DNA of 34,954 bases, from positions 1 through 34,954 of the IMG/VR virus record IMGVR_UViG_3300048881_000515; one strand, given 5' to 3'. This document shows positions 1 to 8,887 of the stretch, piece by piece; positions within the stretch are counted from its first letter, which is position 1; each line of letters opens with the position of its first letter. The translations under genes and the position numbers were made by a program. The notes below the pieces were generated by a model. That model saw only the letters and a list, made by a program, of their open reading frames with translations. It had not been told where the DNA came from and did not search any database. The DNA comes from a virus (Duplodnaviria; Caudoviricetes).

Positions 1-1146
1 TCTGGATTTATTTTTGTGGGTGCTACTCCTGAAGACCAAATTCAATTTGTTGTTGGTGATGAGGATGCCAGCGTAAATTTTTCAGATAAATCTCAAATTG
101 TAGGTAGGACTTATCGTTATGTTCCTGTAGCAATTATGAAGAGAGGGAAAGAGATACACGGGACAGATGCGCTTATCGAGATTCCACTCTCAGCGGGTGA
201 TGATGAAAAAGTCCAGCTTACCACTCCATCGCCCGTTGTTATTGTGAAGAACCAAATACCAGCTGTATCTTTTACTCTCGCGGCGAAGTTTACCGATTTT
301 GGATTTGATGAAGTTAAGGCTGCTTTATCATCTGGGAATCAAGAAACATTGTTTGATAGCGACTTGTTGAGTGAGCGATCGAATTTTGCTGAATTGATTA
401 ACTTTTTAGTTGAAAGAGAAAACTTTGTGACGGGTGATGTAGAGTCTTGTGGTGTTCACGAAGCCGGCTCATTTGAAGATAACGTCGACACGCAGATAGA
501 GAAAAATATCACTCCACTTGAGATTGGAGTGAGATACGGCTACAGGATCACTGTGCTAATCAGGTCCCCTGAGTCATTATTCCCAAAGCTTGTAAGTGAA
601 TCACAGAATATATCTACCCTTTTAAGCTTTCAGCGTCAGGTAGGAAAATTTAGAAATCCACTTTCGCTCCGCCAGGGCACATTACAATCGACTGCTCGAC
701 AAGCAGAACCATCCACCCCCAGCCGTATCGAACCGGTAGACCCATTTTTAGCTGGAAGAACGAATGTTCAAAAAAGAATTGAGGTTACCATTCCCATTCC
801 TAAGAGGAAGGGGTACCAAGTTAGTAGCGAAAATCGTGGAGATAATCGACTTTTACAGTGGTCGTATTTTGGGCACTTGTCAAAAATAGACCATTTTCAG
901 GTATTCGCTTGTTATGACGGTGGAAGACAAATGTTAGGAACAGTGCATCCAGATGCAGCTTCTACCAAGTTTTCATTTAGACATTTTACTGAGGGCTATT
1001 CAGTGACTTATTTTTATGAAGTGCATGCAATGAAGCTTGACTATAAAATTAGTACAAAGTTGCGTTCTCAGAATATAGTGCCCAAAGAGTTTAATAAAAA
1101 AATAAAGAGGGGATCCAAGTCCTCGAAAAAGATAGTGAAGTTCTAA
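1..1146 (+). CDS. 5'-truncated putative virion structural protein with FN3/Ig-like beta-sandwich segments
   Basis: The frame is open from base 1 (TCT GGA TTT ATT TTT GTG), so the GTG at 16 is probably not the true start. The C-terminal part 'LLQWSY...IDHFQVF...FSFRHF...YFYEVHAM' has the W...Y/F...YxYxV pattern of FN3 domains. Confidence 0.55.
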   Translation, partial: SGFIFVGATPEDQIQFVVGDEDASVNFSDKSQIVGRTYRYVPVAIMKRGKEIHGTDALIEIPLSAGDDEKVQLTTPSPVVIVKNQIPAVSFTLAAKFTDFGFDEVKAALSSGNQETLFDSDLLSERSNFAELINFLVERENFVTGDVESCGVHEAGSFEDNVDTQIEKNITPLEIGVRYGYRITVLIRSPESLFPKLVSESQNISTLLSFQRQVGKFRNPLSLRQGTLQSTARQAEPSTPSRIEPVDPFLAGRTNVQKRIEVTIPIPKRKGYQVSSENRGDNRLLQWSYFGHLSKIDHFQVFACYDGGRQMLGTVHPDAASTKFSFRHFTEGYSVTYFYEVHAMKLDYKISTKLRSQNIVPKEFNKKIKRGSKSSKKIVKF

Positions 1147-1147
1147 G

Positions 1148-4100
1148 ATGCCTGATTTTATTTCAAATATGAAGTTGACCTCGTTGGTAAATGTCGAAAG
1201 CGAGGAGGTCGTATCCCTCGTTGAGCTTTTATTGGTAGACCAAGCAGAGTGCTATAACAAGGAGAAGGAAAGAGCAGAAAGCACGAGCACTCCTGGAGTT
1301 AAGGTCCGAAGCCGTGGTGATAGAAGGAGGTCAGGTAGGTCGGCAAAAACCAAAAATAAAGAGAAGTCTAAGACTGGGTCTTCTGTCCAGAAGATGGAGC
1401 AGCTTAGACAAAATAAGAAGAGACAAGATAAGCGAAAGGCAGCGCTACTCAAATACCAGACTCAGAAAGGACAGAAGAAGAGCTCTAATACTTCTGCTAG
1501 CGCAGGTGACGGGAGAGCCTCAAAACGTGCCGACAAAAAACGCGCAGAGAAGGAAAGCAATTCTATTGAAATAAATCCCGCCCTCAGGCCTGTACTCCTT
1601 GCGTTAGTTGATTTCAAGCCAATATTTGATTCTGAGGGGAATATCACCCCTGTGGGGAACACTGTCAAGATAAAAAGGGCAGCCCGGGCCATGAAGGTTG
1701 AAAACCTACTAGAAATTGATACGTCAGAAGAATTAATAGGTGAGCTTGACTGGCTCTCTGCTCATATTTCAAACTTATCTCAAACGCAAACATTTTTAGA
1801 CTCGCTGGACGCGTCTAATATTGAGATGTATGAAGATGCGCTGTCAGCGTATGACTTAGACTCTACCTCAACTACCTCGGCTTCTAACACCGAAGTGTTG
1901 TATACACTTATACGAGACTATTGTTATTCATTAAATTCATGTACACCACGCCTTCTTGAATCATCATCTCGAGAATTTGAGGCAGGAACAAAACTTCCTA
2001 AGTCTATCATCAATGTGTCACCCAAACCGAACTATGTCAGATACATGATGAGGAAATCCACCTCAGCGGTGAGCAATTTTTATTCATATATGTCAGAAGA
2101 TATGGAGGTTTCTTTAAAGCATTTGATCGCAACTGTTTCTAAAGAATTGCTTCTATCCTTTAACAAAGAGGCTAACAGCGTTGAAGATGCCACACTAAGC
2201 TGGTATCCAAGGAAGGCAGGAACAGCATGGATCGGATATACGTTCTGTGAGTACTTTAACGTCAAACCGAATGTAAGCCGTCTTTCTGTTAATAAGCGTG
2301 ATGTGAGGATTGATAATCCCTTCGGAAGCCAGAACGTGCACGGATTGCTATACGACGTTAAGAGTAAAAATGGTAATGTCATAACGTATCCATTCGAAAA
2401 GTGCGAGTTGGTAGCGGCAACAAATTACAAGAGCTCTGACTCTGCGCCAGATCAAATTGCGAAATTATATTCTGCAAAAGAGCCCTCAGCAGACCTGGGC
2501 CCTTACGCTGATATATCAACTGCTTGGGAAGAAACAAAAGAAAGCGTCGACCTGTTGCTGGAAACGGAGACACTTGAGTTTGGTACGTGCCCAGGAAATG
2601 AGGTCTTAGAAACGATCTGCAGAAATATCGTGTCTTTTTGTCTTGAGAAGCTACCTACCTCTTCTTCAGATTCAGCTGCAGTAACTGACGCGATTCAGAT
2701 CGCATGGTTAAGCGCTGCTGGAAGGAGTGAGACTGCGTGGCAATGGTTAATTTTATATCTTGCTTTTTTACAAGACCAGTTAACAGCTGCTGCCCTTACT
2801 GGAGAGCAAACAGACACATCAGCATTAGCATTTATGGTCAAAAGAGATACCGGATTACGAGAGCTAATCGGTGAGCCGGCTTCTTCATCGACCAAGAAGC
2901 AATATTTTAGCGTAAAAGAAACTTCAATATCTATTGATCCTGAGCCGGAAGACTTTACGAGCCCAGAGACTCTAGACGCCATGGAGGTTATGCAAGAGAC
3001 GGACATTGAAGACGGAGAAGACTCCAGTACTGATTCTTCGCTACAGTCTTATTTCGACTTGAGCTGGGAAGAAGTGTGTGACCAATGCACGATGGGTATA
3101 AGACAGACGTTAAACACAGAGACAGTGGCTGCTAGTGATGATGATGTGTCTGACGAGACCTCAGTTAAGTTAGCAGACGTTAAAGACGCGCTCCAAGCCC
3201 TAGCGACATCAGAGGACAGTCTCTTTTCTGAGCTATTATCTTTGATGGATGATGTTGACACGTTGTTTGCTAATGCCTGCTTTGATGATTCTTCCATATC
3301 AAATTATACCAAGATTAGTCGGCAGAAATTACACAGCGCGCTTATTCTCGCAGCAGCCAAAGCTGTGAATTTTTATATCGAAGATTGTACGATCACGTCT
3401 GGTGCGCTATCTTCTTTTTATGATGAAGAGCAGAGCTTCGCGAGTGCGTCCGGTACCTCAATTGTCTCGTCAGGTTTTTCAGTGACCTCTAAACTTAGGG
3501 GTCCAGCGATGGCAGCTTCGTGGACCTCAACCTCTTCGACTGCAACTGCTATTTCACCAATCACAGTTGGCTCAAGTCTAAAATTCAGCTATGCTGGAAT
3601 AAGTGATAGGACAGAAGCTTTAACAGCTTTTCTAGATTCTGAAGAAATAGATGTTACTTTGATAGAAGAAATGTCCTCATCTCTTGCCAGAGTATTTACA
3701 GCTCTAGATGAAGATTTTGAGTTTCAAACAGAATTTATTGGTTCTCTGGATACTTATTTTTCATCTGTTCGTGACAATTATTCTGCAGTCGTGGAATCGA
3801 TCTCTGCTGATATCGATGAAGAAACCGAGGGTACACAGACACTGGTGAGCAGAATTAATAATGGGCTACCGATGTCAACAGACATGTGCAAAATGCTGCT
3901 CAATTATGTGCGGACATATGATTCGTCTGATGCCACGTACGGAGCTATTCGTACACGAGACAAGGCCCTCATATGCTCAAACATGGCATTCATGGCTAGC
4001 ATTTTCGAAGGTGCTGATTATTGTGAAGCAGGTAAACTAAAATATGCAGCCGTGGGAATTCCTTCAGGTCTAATGGACATGACCCGTGAAGAGCCCGTAG

Positions 4101-4954
4101 ACATGGCTGATGTAGACCGGGACGCTACAGAAAATTCTAGAAGCGCATTTACGGTCTCTATTGAGAAAGTAGATTTGACGCGTCCAGAGTTAGAATATGT
4201 TGACAAAGAGTATTCATTTTCGCGAAACCTTTTCGTAAATCAAATTGACGATTCCACCGAGGGGGAGATTATCGTTAATTTTGACAACATCAATTCTGAC
4301 TTTACAGTCGCAGAAGAGGCTGAGTCTGGATTATCTTCGGAGACTTTTTCCGATGAGCAGATTGAAAATTTGAAAAATGATTTCGCGTTGAAGCTCTATT
4401 CGGACTTGTTCTTAGACTTAGATTTTTTTCCTGATGCCTACCCACAGGGGGGTGATCAAAAGAAAGCAATTTTAACTGGCTCGATTTCAATGCCCTCTTT
4501 GAGCTCGGTAGACAAAACACTGGAAGCTTTTTTGTCTGGAAGCAATCTGGCATTTGATACTGACGCTAGACAGCTTTCTGGGTTTACTTTCTACTCAGAG
4601 GGTACGGAAAGCTTAGACATGAAAAAGTTCAAGGGATTGGATCCTGTTGCTTTTTCGGTGTTTTCCTATCTAAATTCCTACGGCACAGTTGCTTCCGCGG
4701 CTTCGAAGAAAGACTCTCTAAAATTTGGTACTGCCTTTGAGCGGATCGTGATGATCCCATTCGATCCAACAGACTTCGAAGTAGAGCTTCAGTCTGACGA
4801 CGACGACTCGGCTGAACAAAATATTAAAAATGAAAAGCTGGCAGCTGCTGAAGAAGAAGTGGGAATTGGACTTGAAACGTCCCAAGGGGTAGAGCTGGCT
4901 AATTATAGGGTCTATGTTACGATCCCTGATAGTGGGGCGGAGGAAAGTGAATAA
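1148..4954 (+). CDS. Large hypothetical protein (1268 aa) with a very basic N-terminal ~100 aa and an acidic, Ser-rich remainder; probably virion-associated
   Basis: Long uninterrupted ORF starting 1 nt after the upstream stop and coupled to the next gene by TAATG. No catalytic motif recognised. Confidence 0.6.
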   Translation: MPDFISNMKLTSLVNVESEEVVSLVELLLVDQAECYNKEKERAESTSTPGVKVRSRGDRRRSGRSAKTKNKEKSKTGSSVQKMEQLRQNKKRQDKRKAALLKYQTQKGQKKSSNTSASAGDGRASKRADKKRAEKESNSIEINPALRPVLLALVDFKPIFDSEGNITPVGNTVKIKRAARAMKVENLLEIDTSEELIGELDWLSAHISNLSQTQTFLDSLDASNIEMYEDALSAYDLDSTSTTSASNTEVLYTLIRDYCYSLNSCTPRLLESSSREFEAGTKLPKSIINVSPKPNYVRYMMRKSTSAVSNFYSYMSEDMEVSLKHLIATVSKELLLSFNKEANSVEDATLSWYPRKAGTAWIGYTFCEYFNVKPNVSRLSVNKRDVRIDNPFGSQNVHGLLYDVKSKNGNVITYPFEKCELVAATNYKSSDSAPDQIAKLYSAKEPSADLGPYADISTAWEETKESVDLLLETETLEFGTCPGNEVLETICRNIVSFCLEKLPTSSSDSAAVTDAIQIAWLSAAGRSETAWQWLILYLAFLQDQLTAAALTGEQTDTSALAFMVKRDTGLRELIGEPASSSTKKQYFSVKETSISIDPEPEDFTSPETLDAMEVMQETDIEDGEDSSTDSSLQSYFDLSWEEVCDQCTMGIRQTLNTETVAASDDDVSDETSVKLADVKDALQALATSEDSLFSELLSLMDDVDTLFANACFDDSSISNYTKISRQKLHSALILAAAKAVNFYIEDCTITSGALSSFYDEEQSFASASGTSIVSSGFSVTSKLRGPAMAASWTSTSSTATAISPITVGSSLKFSYAGISDRTEALTAFLDSEEIDVTLIEEMSSSLARVFTALDEDFEFQTEFIGSLDTYFSSVRDNYSAVVESISADIDEETEGTQTLVSRINNGLPMSTDMCKMLLNYVRTYDSSDATYGAIRTRDKALICSNMAFMASIFEGADYCEAGKLKYAAVGIPSGLMDMTREEPVDMADVDRDATENSRSAFTVSIEKVDLTRPELEYVDKEYSFSRNLFVNQIDDSTEGEIIVNFDNINSDFTVAEEAESGLSSETFSDEQIENLKNDFALKLYSDLFLDLDFFPDAYPQGGDQKKAILTGSISMPSLSSVDKTLEAFLSGSNLAFDTDARQLSGFTFYSEGTESLDMKKFKGLDPVAFSVFSYLNSYGTVASAASKKDSLKFGTAFERIVMIPFDPTDFEVELQSDDDDSAEQNIKNEKLAAAEEEVGIGLETSQGVELANYRVYVTIPDSGAEESE

Positions 4955-6750
4955 TGAGCATTGAATCGATTGCTAGTCAACCACTCCCGGTTTTTGACGT
5001 TCCTGAGATGGAGAAAGTTGATGCATCTTTTACCTATAATTTTTTTGTTGCTGATGAAACAATCAATGAGTCAGGTAATGACGCGTTAAACGGGAATCTT
5101 TCCGCAAGATTTTTGAGAAAAGGTACCGTCGATACAGCAAATTTAAACGCAAGAATTCCACGTTATGCTACATTAACATTTGGCTTAAAGGATACTAAGA
5201 AGAGTATACTCACAACAAAGAATTCTTCAATCAAATCATCGGTAGATGAATTACGCCGTGCCTTACGCCGTGGCCAGATATTCTCAGAAGACGACGCATC
5301 AGGACTCAACTTTGTTTCAGTCTGTGCGGGTAATAAGCAGTTACCACAGAGTATTGAAAACATGCTCCGGATGAGGCTTAATTCTATCGGCACTGAAGAA
5401 GCAACACCCCTCGAGCTCTTAACAACGATTGCGGAGACTAGCGAAATTGATTCTAATCTTTTGGAAAGTATGCTACCCCCGTCATTAAAGGAAGAGTCTG
5501 ATGTGTCAACCTGCGGGCCATTTTTTGCCAAAGAAGCTGAGCAGTCTACATTAATGCAATTAAATGCAATGTATGCGCCATTCATGAGGCGCACCTCGGC
5601 GCAGCGAGGGACATCATTAAATTCAGCACAAGCTGTTGATGATTTTCTGCACTCACTAAAAACATGGTCCACTGTCAGAAATAACCCAGCGTTATTAAGC
5701 AATGATGAGTACCTCTTTGACGTTCCGTATGTAGACTTAGAAGCCATCGAGACAGATGATTTTGTGGCCGAGGCTGATGTAGTCGGATTTATCATCGAAA
5801 AGAAAAGAGTGTATAAGGGTGTTCGTTATCCCATGCCACCGATTGTCGCTAGCGGTGTGCAAGTGAGAAGTATGTACGATGCACAGATTGCTTATGGCCA
5901 AACTTATGAGTACACCGGACGAGTCATCGCGAAATTCAGGGTACCAGCAACAAATACAGAGGGTGACACTTTCATCAAGACATTTCTTCTTGCTTCGAAA
6001 CCTGCTCCAACAGTTTCGATCACAGTTAAAGAAGATCGGCGCCCTGATCCCCCATCAGATATAAACTTTTATTTTGAATATGACAAAGAAAATTTAGTGA
6101 TTACCTGGTCACCGCCCGTAAATCCCCAGCGAGACGTAAAGTGTATCCAAGTTTTTAGAAGAAAAACGATTAAGGACCCGTTTGAATTAATTGTGAATTT
6201 CGATTTTGATGATTCTGTGGTGAGGACTGAACCGAAAGAGCATATTGATCCAGGGATTAATAGGGCAATAAAATCATTTCCCACGTATTTTATAGATACC
6301 GAGTTTGATAAAACAAAGTCTTACATTTATGCTGTCGTTTGTGTCGACGCGAGACAGCTTAGTTCACGATATTCAGCACAGGTAAAAGTGAGTTTTAATA
6401 CAACGAAAAATAAGATAAAGAAAGAATTTCTTTCCTACTCCGGTGCACCGAAGCAATACCCTAATTGGTTCTTGAAGGAAAATTTCTTTGTAGACACCAT
6501 GAAGGACAGCGCTCACAAAGCAATACAGATTTACTTTAACCCGGAAGCTTATACACTTTTAAGAAATGGGAGAGAGGTAATTCCTGCTTTTTGTACGACA
6601 ACAATAGACCCATTATCCAAATACGTATTTCAATTCATAAACACTGATCGATTGTTAGATCAGAAATTAGAAATTACGATCGATGATTCTATTCTTGTAG
6701 AGAGCGTGGCGGAACAAAAAACCACATTAGAGCAAGATATAAGTGAGTAA
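4954..6750 (+). CDS. Fibronectin type III domain-containing structural protein (598 aa)
   Basis: 'PDPPSDINF...LVITWSPP...IQVFRR...YFIDTEFDKTKSYIYAVVCVD...S.YS' is a typical FN3 signature (nt ~6037-6390). A second FN3-like unit ('GFIIEK...YDAQIAYGQTYEY') precedes it. Confidence 0.7.
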   Translation: MSIESIASQPLPVFDVPEMEKVDASFTYNFFVADETINESGNDALNGNLSARFLRKGTVDTANLNARIPRYATLTFGLKDTKKSILTTKNSSIKSSVDELRRALRRGQIFSEDDASGLNFVSVCAGNKQLPQSIENMLRMRLNSIGTEEATPLELLTTIAETSEIDSNLLESMLPPSLKEESDVSTCGPFFAKEAEQSTLMQLNAMYAPFMRRTSAQRGTSLNSAQAVDDFLHSLKTWSTVRNNPALLSNDEYLFDVPYVDLEAIETDDFVAEADVVGFIIEKKRVYKGVRYPMPPIVASGVQVRSMYDAQIAYGQTYEYTGRVIAKFRVPATNTEGDTFIKTFLLASKPAPTVSITVKEDRRPDPPSDINFYFEYDKENLVITWSPPVNPQRDVKCIQVFRRKTIKDPFELIVNFDFDDSVVRTEPKEHIDPGINRAIKSFPTYFIDTEFDKTKSYIYAVVCVDARQLSSRYSAQVKVSFNTTKNKIKKEFLSYSGAPKQYPNWFLKENFFVDTMKDSAHKAIQIYFNPEAYTLLRNGREVIPAFCTTTIDPLSKYVFQFINTDRLLDQKLEITIDDSILVESVAEQKTTLEQDISE

Positions 6751-6805
6751 GGTTTACTCTGTTTTTAGAGATGTATAATTAAACCCTGAGTAATGGAGGA
6801 AGCAT

Positions 6806-7516
6806 ATGGGCTTTTTAGATAACAGCACAAATAATATTATAGTCGATGCGGTTCTTACTGACTATGGTAGGGAATTGCTGGCAAGAAACGATGGCAGCTT
6901 TTCGATTGTAAAATTTGCCTTTGGTGACGATGAAGTAGATTACACAACAATCCAGAAGTTTGGAAGGACCGTTGGAAAAGAAAAGATAGAAAAAAACACT
7001 CCAGTCTTTGAGGCTCAGACTAACCAGAATTATGCGTTAAAAAACAAGCTGATCAGTTTATCGAACCCCACTCTTGTGAAGCTTCCAGGTGTGACACTCT
7101 CCGGTGACGGTGTGAGCGGAAATTCATTATCATTTAAGAGATCCGGATCTACCTCTTCTCGCTCGATTACATTTACACAAAGTGTGACAGACGAAAACAC
7201 AGTCGATCCGGAGCTTCGGGACCAGACTTACCTGGTGAAGCTCCCCTATCGTTTCTTGGAGCTTGTCGGAACAGACAACACTCCAGACTCAATCGATTCA
7301 AATGATATAGCAACTTATATTGTGACGAGGGACAGCTCTACTACTGCGATCGGTGGGTCCAAATTAACATTGAACATTAAGACAAGATCAATCTCTGACA
7401 GCGTATTTACTTATTATGGTGATGCGGACAACAAATCGCAGATATCCAGCACCTTACGGGTTGTTGGTGTACAATCAGGTGTTGTTTCAGAAATGACTGT
7501 CGCAATACAGAAGTGA
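6806..7516 (+). CDS. Putative baseplate/tail-fibre attachment protein (236 aa)
   Basis: SD GGAGG upstream. The N-terminus 'DAVLTDYGRELLA...IVKFAFGDDEVDY' resembles the 'LTxxGrxxLA...(F/M)AxGD' start of tail-collar/baseplate proteins of contractile-tailed phages. Confidence 0.55.
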   Translation: MGFLDNSTNNIIVDAVLTDYGRELLARNDGSFSIVKFAFGDDEVDYTTIQKFGRTVGKEKIEKNTPVFEAQTNQNYALKNKLISLSNPTLVKLPGVTLSGDGVSGNSLSFKRSGSTSSRSITFTQSVTDENTVDPELRDQTYLVKLPYRFLELVGTDNTPDSIDSNDIATYIVTRDSSTTAIGGSKLTLNIKTRSISDSVFTYYGDADNKSQISSTLRVVGVQSGVVSEMTVAIQK

Positions 7517-7526
7517 GGAAAGATTA

Positions 7527-8876
7527 GTGGCTACGTTTAAAGAAATTTCAGCAGCAGATGTGAAGACGTCGCGCTCTGTGTTAAATCAGCTCGTTGACGT
7601 CATTCAAGAAGACATATCTGGCTCCGCGACCAGAAGAACTTACCAGATGTGGGTTACAGGTGGTATCGGACCAGGCGTCACGTCGTCTTTATACCAGACT
7701 ATATATGATCAAGATTTCTCACTGCAGACTGCGAATGCTCTTATTGACATGACAGTTGGATTGTGGGTGTCAGGATCCACAGTCGTTAGCTGCTCTTCAG
7801 GTCTAGATGCAAATGGAAAGATGTTGTTTCCTTCTAGCTCACTAATGATGAGAGAGAAGATCGACATCTATAAGCAGTATGCAGCCAACCTTTTGGGAAA
7901 TGCAGAAGCTTCCTTCGCGACACCCTTCGGAAGCACGACATCTACTGACCAAGTCGATGCTGCTGTGTTCCTTTCTTTTAAGCGGTTATTTACTCGAGAC
8001 AAAATCAAGCGCGAAACTTTTGCTATCAAGATGTATCAATCTGCATCTGAGGTTCAATTTCCGCAGGATGCAGGCCTCACCGGAAAAACCCGAACATTGT
8101 ATAACATCCCAGGTGGTACCGACGAAGACTATCCAGAACTCTGGCCACAGATAGGAAGACCGAATCTTAATAAGACTTCTACTGGATCCGTTAAAATCTA
8201 TACTGATTTTGGTTCCTCGCAGAATAGGAGACGTACATTCGGTGGTGAGGTAGGAGACCTTGTCGATTCGAGCGATACAACGAGAAAAGTTGGGCTTGTA
8301 TTTTATGATTCTGGTACCATTGTTCTAAATGTCTCCACCGCGATTAATGCTACCCAGTATGCAAGTGGTACCATCGATGGAATGACAGCCACAGCGCTTG
8401 CGACGAACAGTGACATTTCTCGAGGTAAAATGGTTCTTGGTCATGGTAATGGAACAATGACCAGAAATGACGGAGACGATAAGTGCTGGGGTAGCAAAGC
8501 TCAATTCGTTCCAGATCTCTTTACGTCTGGAAGCATTGACGATATTGTGGACCACTTCGCGACATGTCGTTTCAGCTCAGGTTCTCTAACAGCTGCCACC
8601 TTCCAGAACAATACTAACATTAATTCGACGCTAATCTTCTGCAGGGCGACAGCTGATGAATTCAATTATTCTTCGAATCCAACCTACACTGATAGTAACA
8701 ATAGAATTAGAGTTATTGACCAGGGCCAGGAAGACGTCCAGCGCTCATTCAGTTTCATGACGACTGTTGGGCTGTATGATGTGAATGATAATCTTCTTGC
8801 TGTCGCTAAGATGTCTAGACCCATCGAAAAAAATGATGAGAAGGACTTAACTGTTAGGGTAAGGCTGGACTTCTAG
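7527..8876 (+). CDS. Putative baseplate/tail structural protein (449 aa, GTG start)
   Basis: SD GAGGA. The C-terminus 'FNYSSNPTY...TTVGLYDVNDNLLAVAKMSRPIEK...VRVRLDF' is of the 'iGLyd..g.LiAva' type seen in tail-collar/baseplate proteins. Paralogous to the next gene. Confidence 0.55.
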   Translation: MATFKEISAADVKTSRSVLNQLVDVIQEDISGSATRRTYQMWVTGGIGPGVTSSLYQTIYDQDFSLQTANALIDMTVGLWVSGSTVVSCSSGLDANGKMLFPSSSLMMREKIDIYKQYAANLLGNAEASFATPFGSTTSTDQVDAAVFLSFKRLFTRDKIKRETFAIKMYQSASEVQFPQDAGLTGKTRTLYNIPGGTDEDYPELWPQIGRPNLNKTSTGSVKIYTDFGSSQNRRRTFGGEVGDLVDSSDTTRKVGLVFYDSGTIVLNVSTAINATQYASGTIDGMTATALATNSDISRGKMVLGHGNGTMTRNDGDDKCWGSKAQFVPDLFTSGSIDDIVDHFATCRFSSGSLTAATFQNNTNINSTLIFCRATADEFNYSSNPTYTDSNNRIRVIDQGQEDVQRSFSFMTTVGLYDVNDNLLAVAKMSRPIEKNDEKDLTVRVRLDF

Positions 8877-8887
8877 CGGGGGTATAG

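Noticed and set aside
16-18. GTG at 16 as the start of the first gene
   Set aside because: The frame is open back to base 1, so the gene most likely starts upstream of the window.
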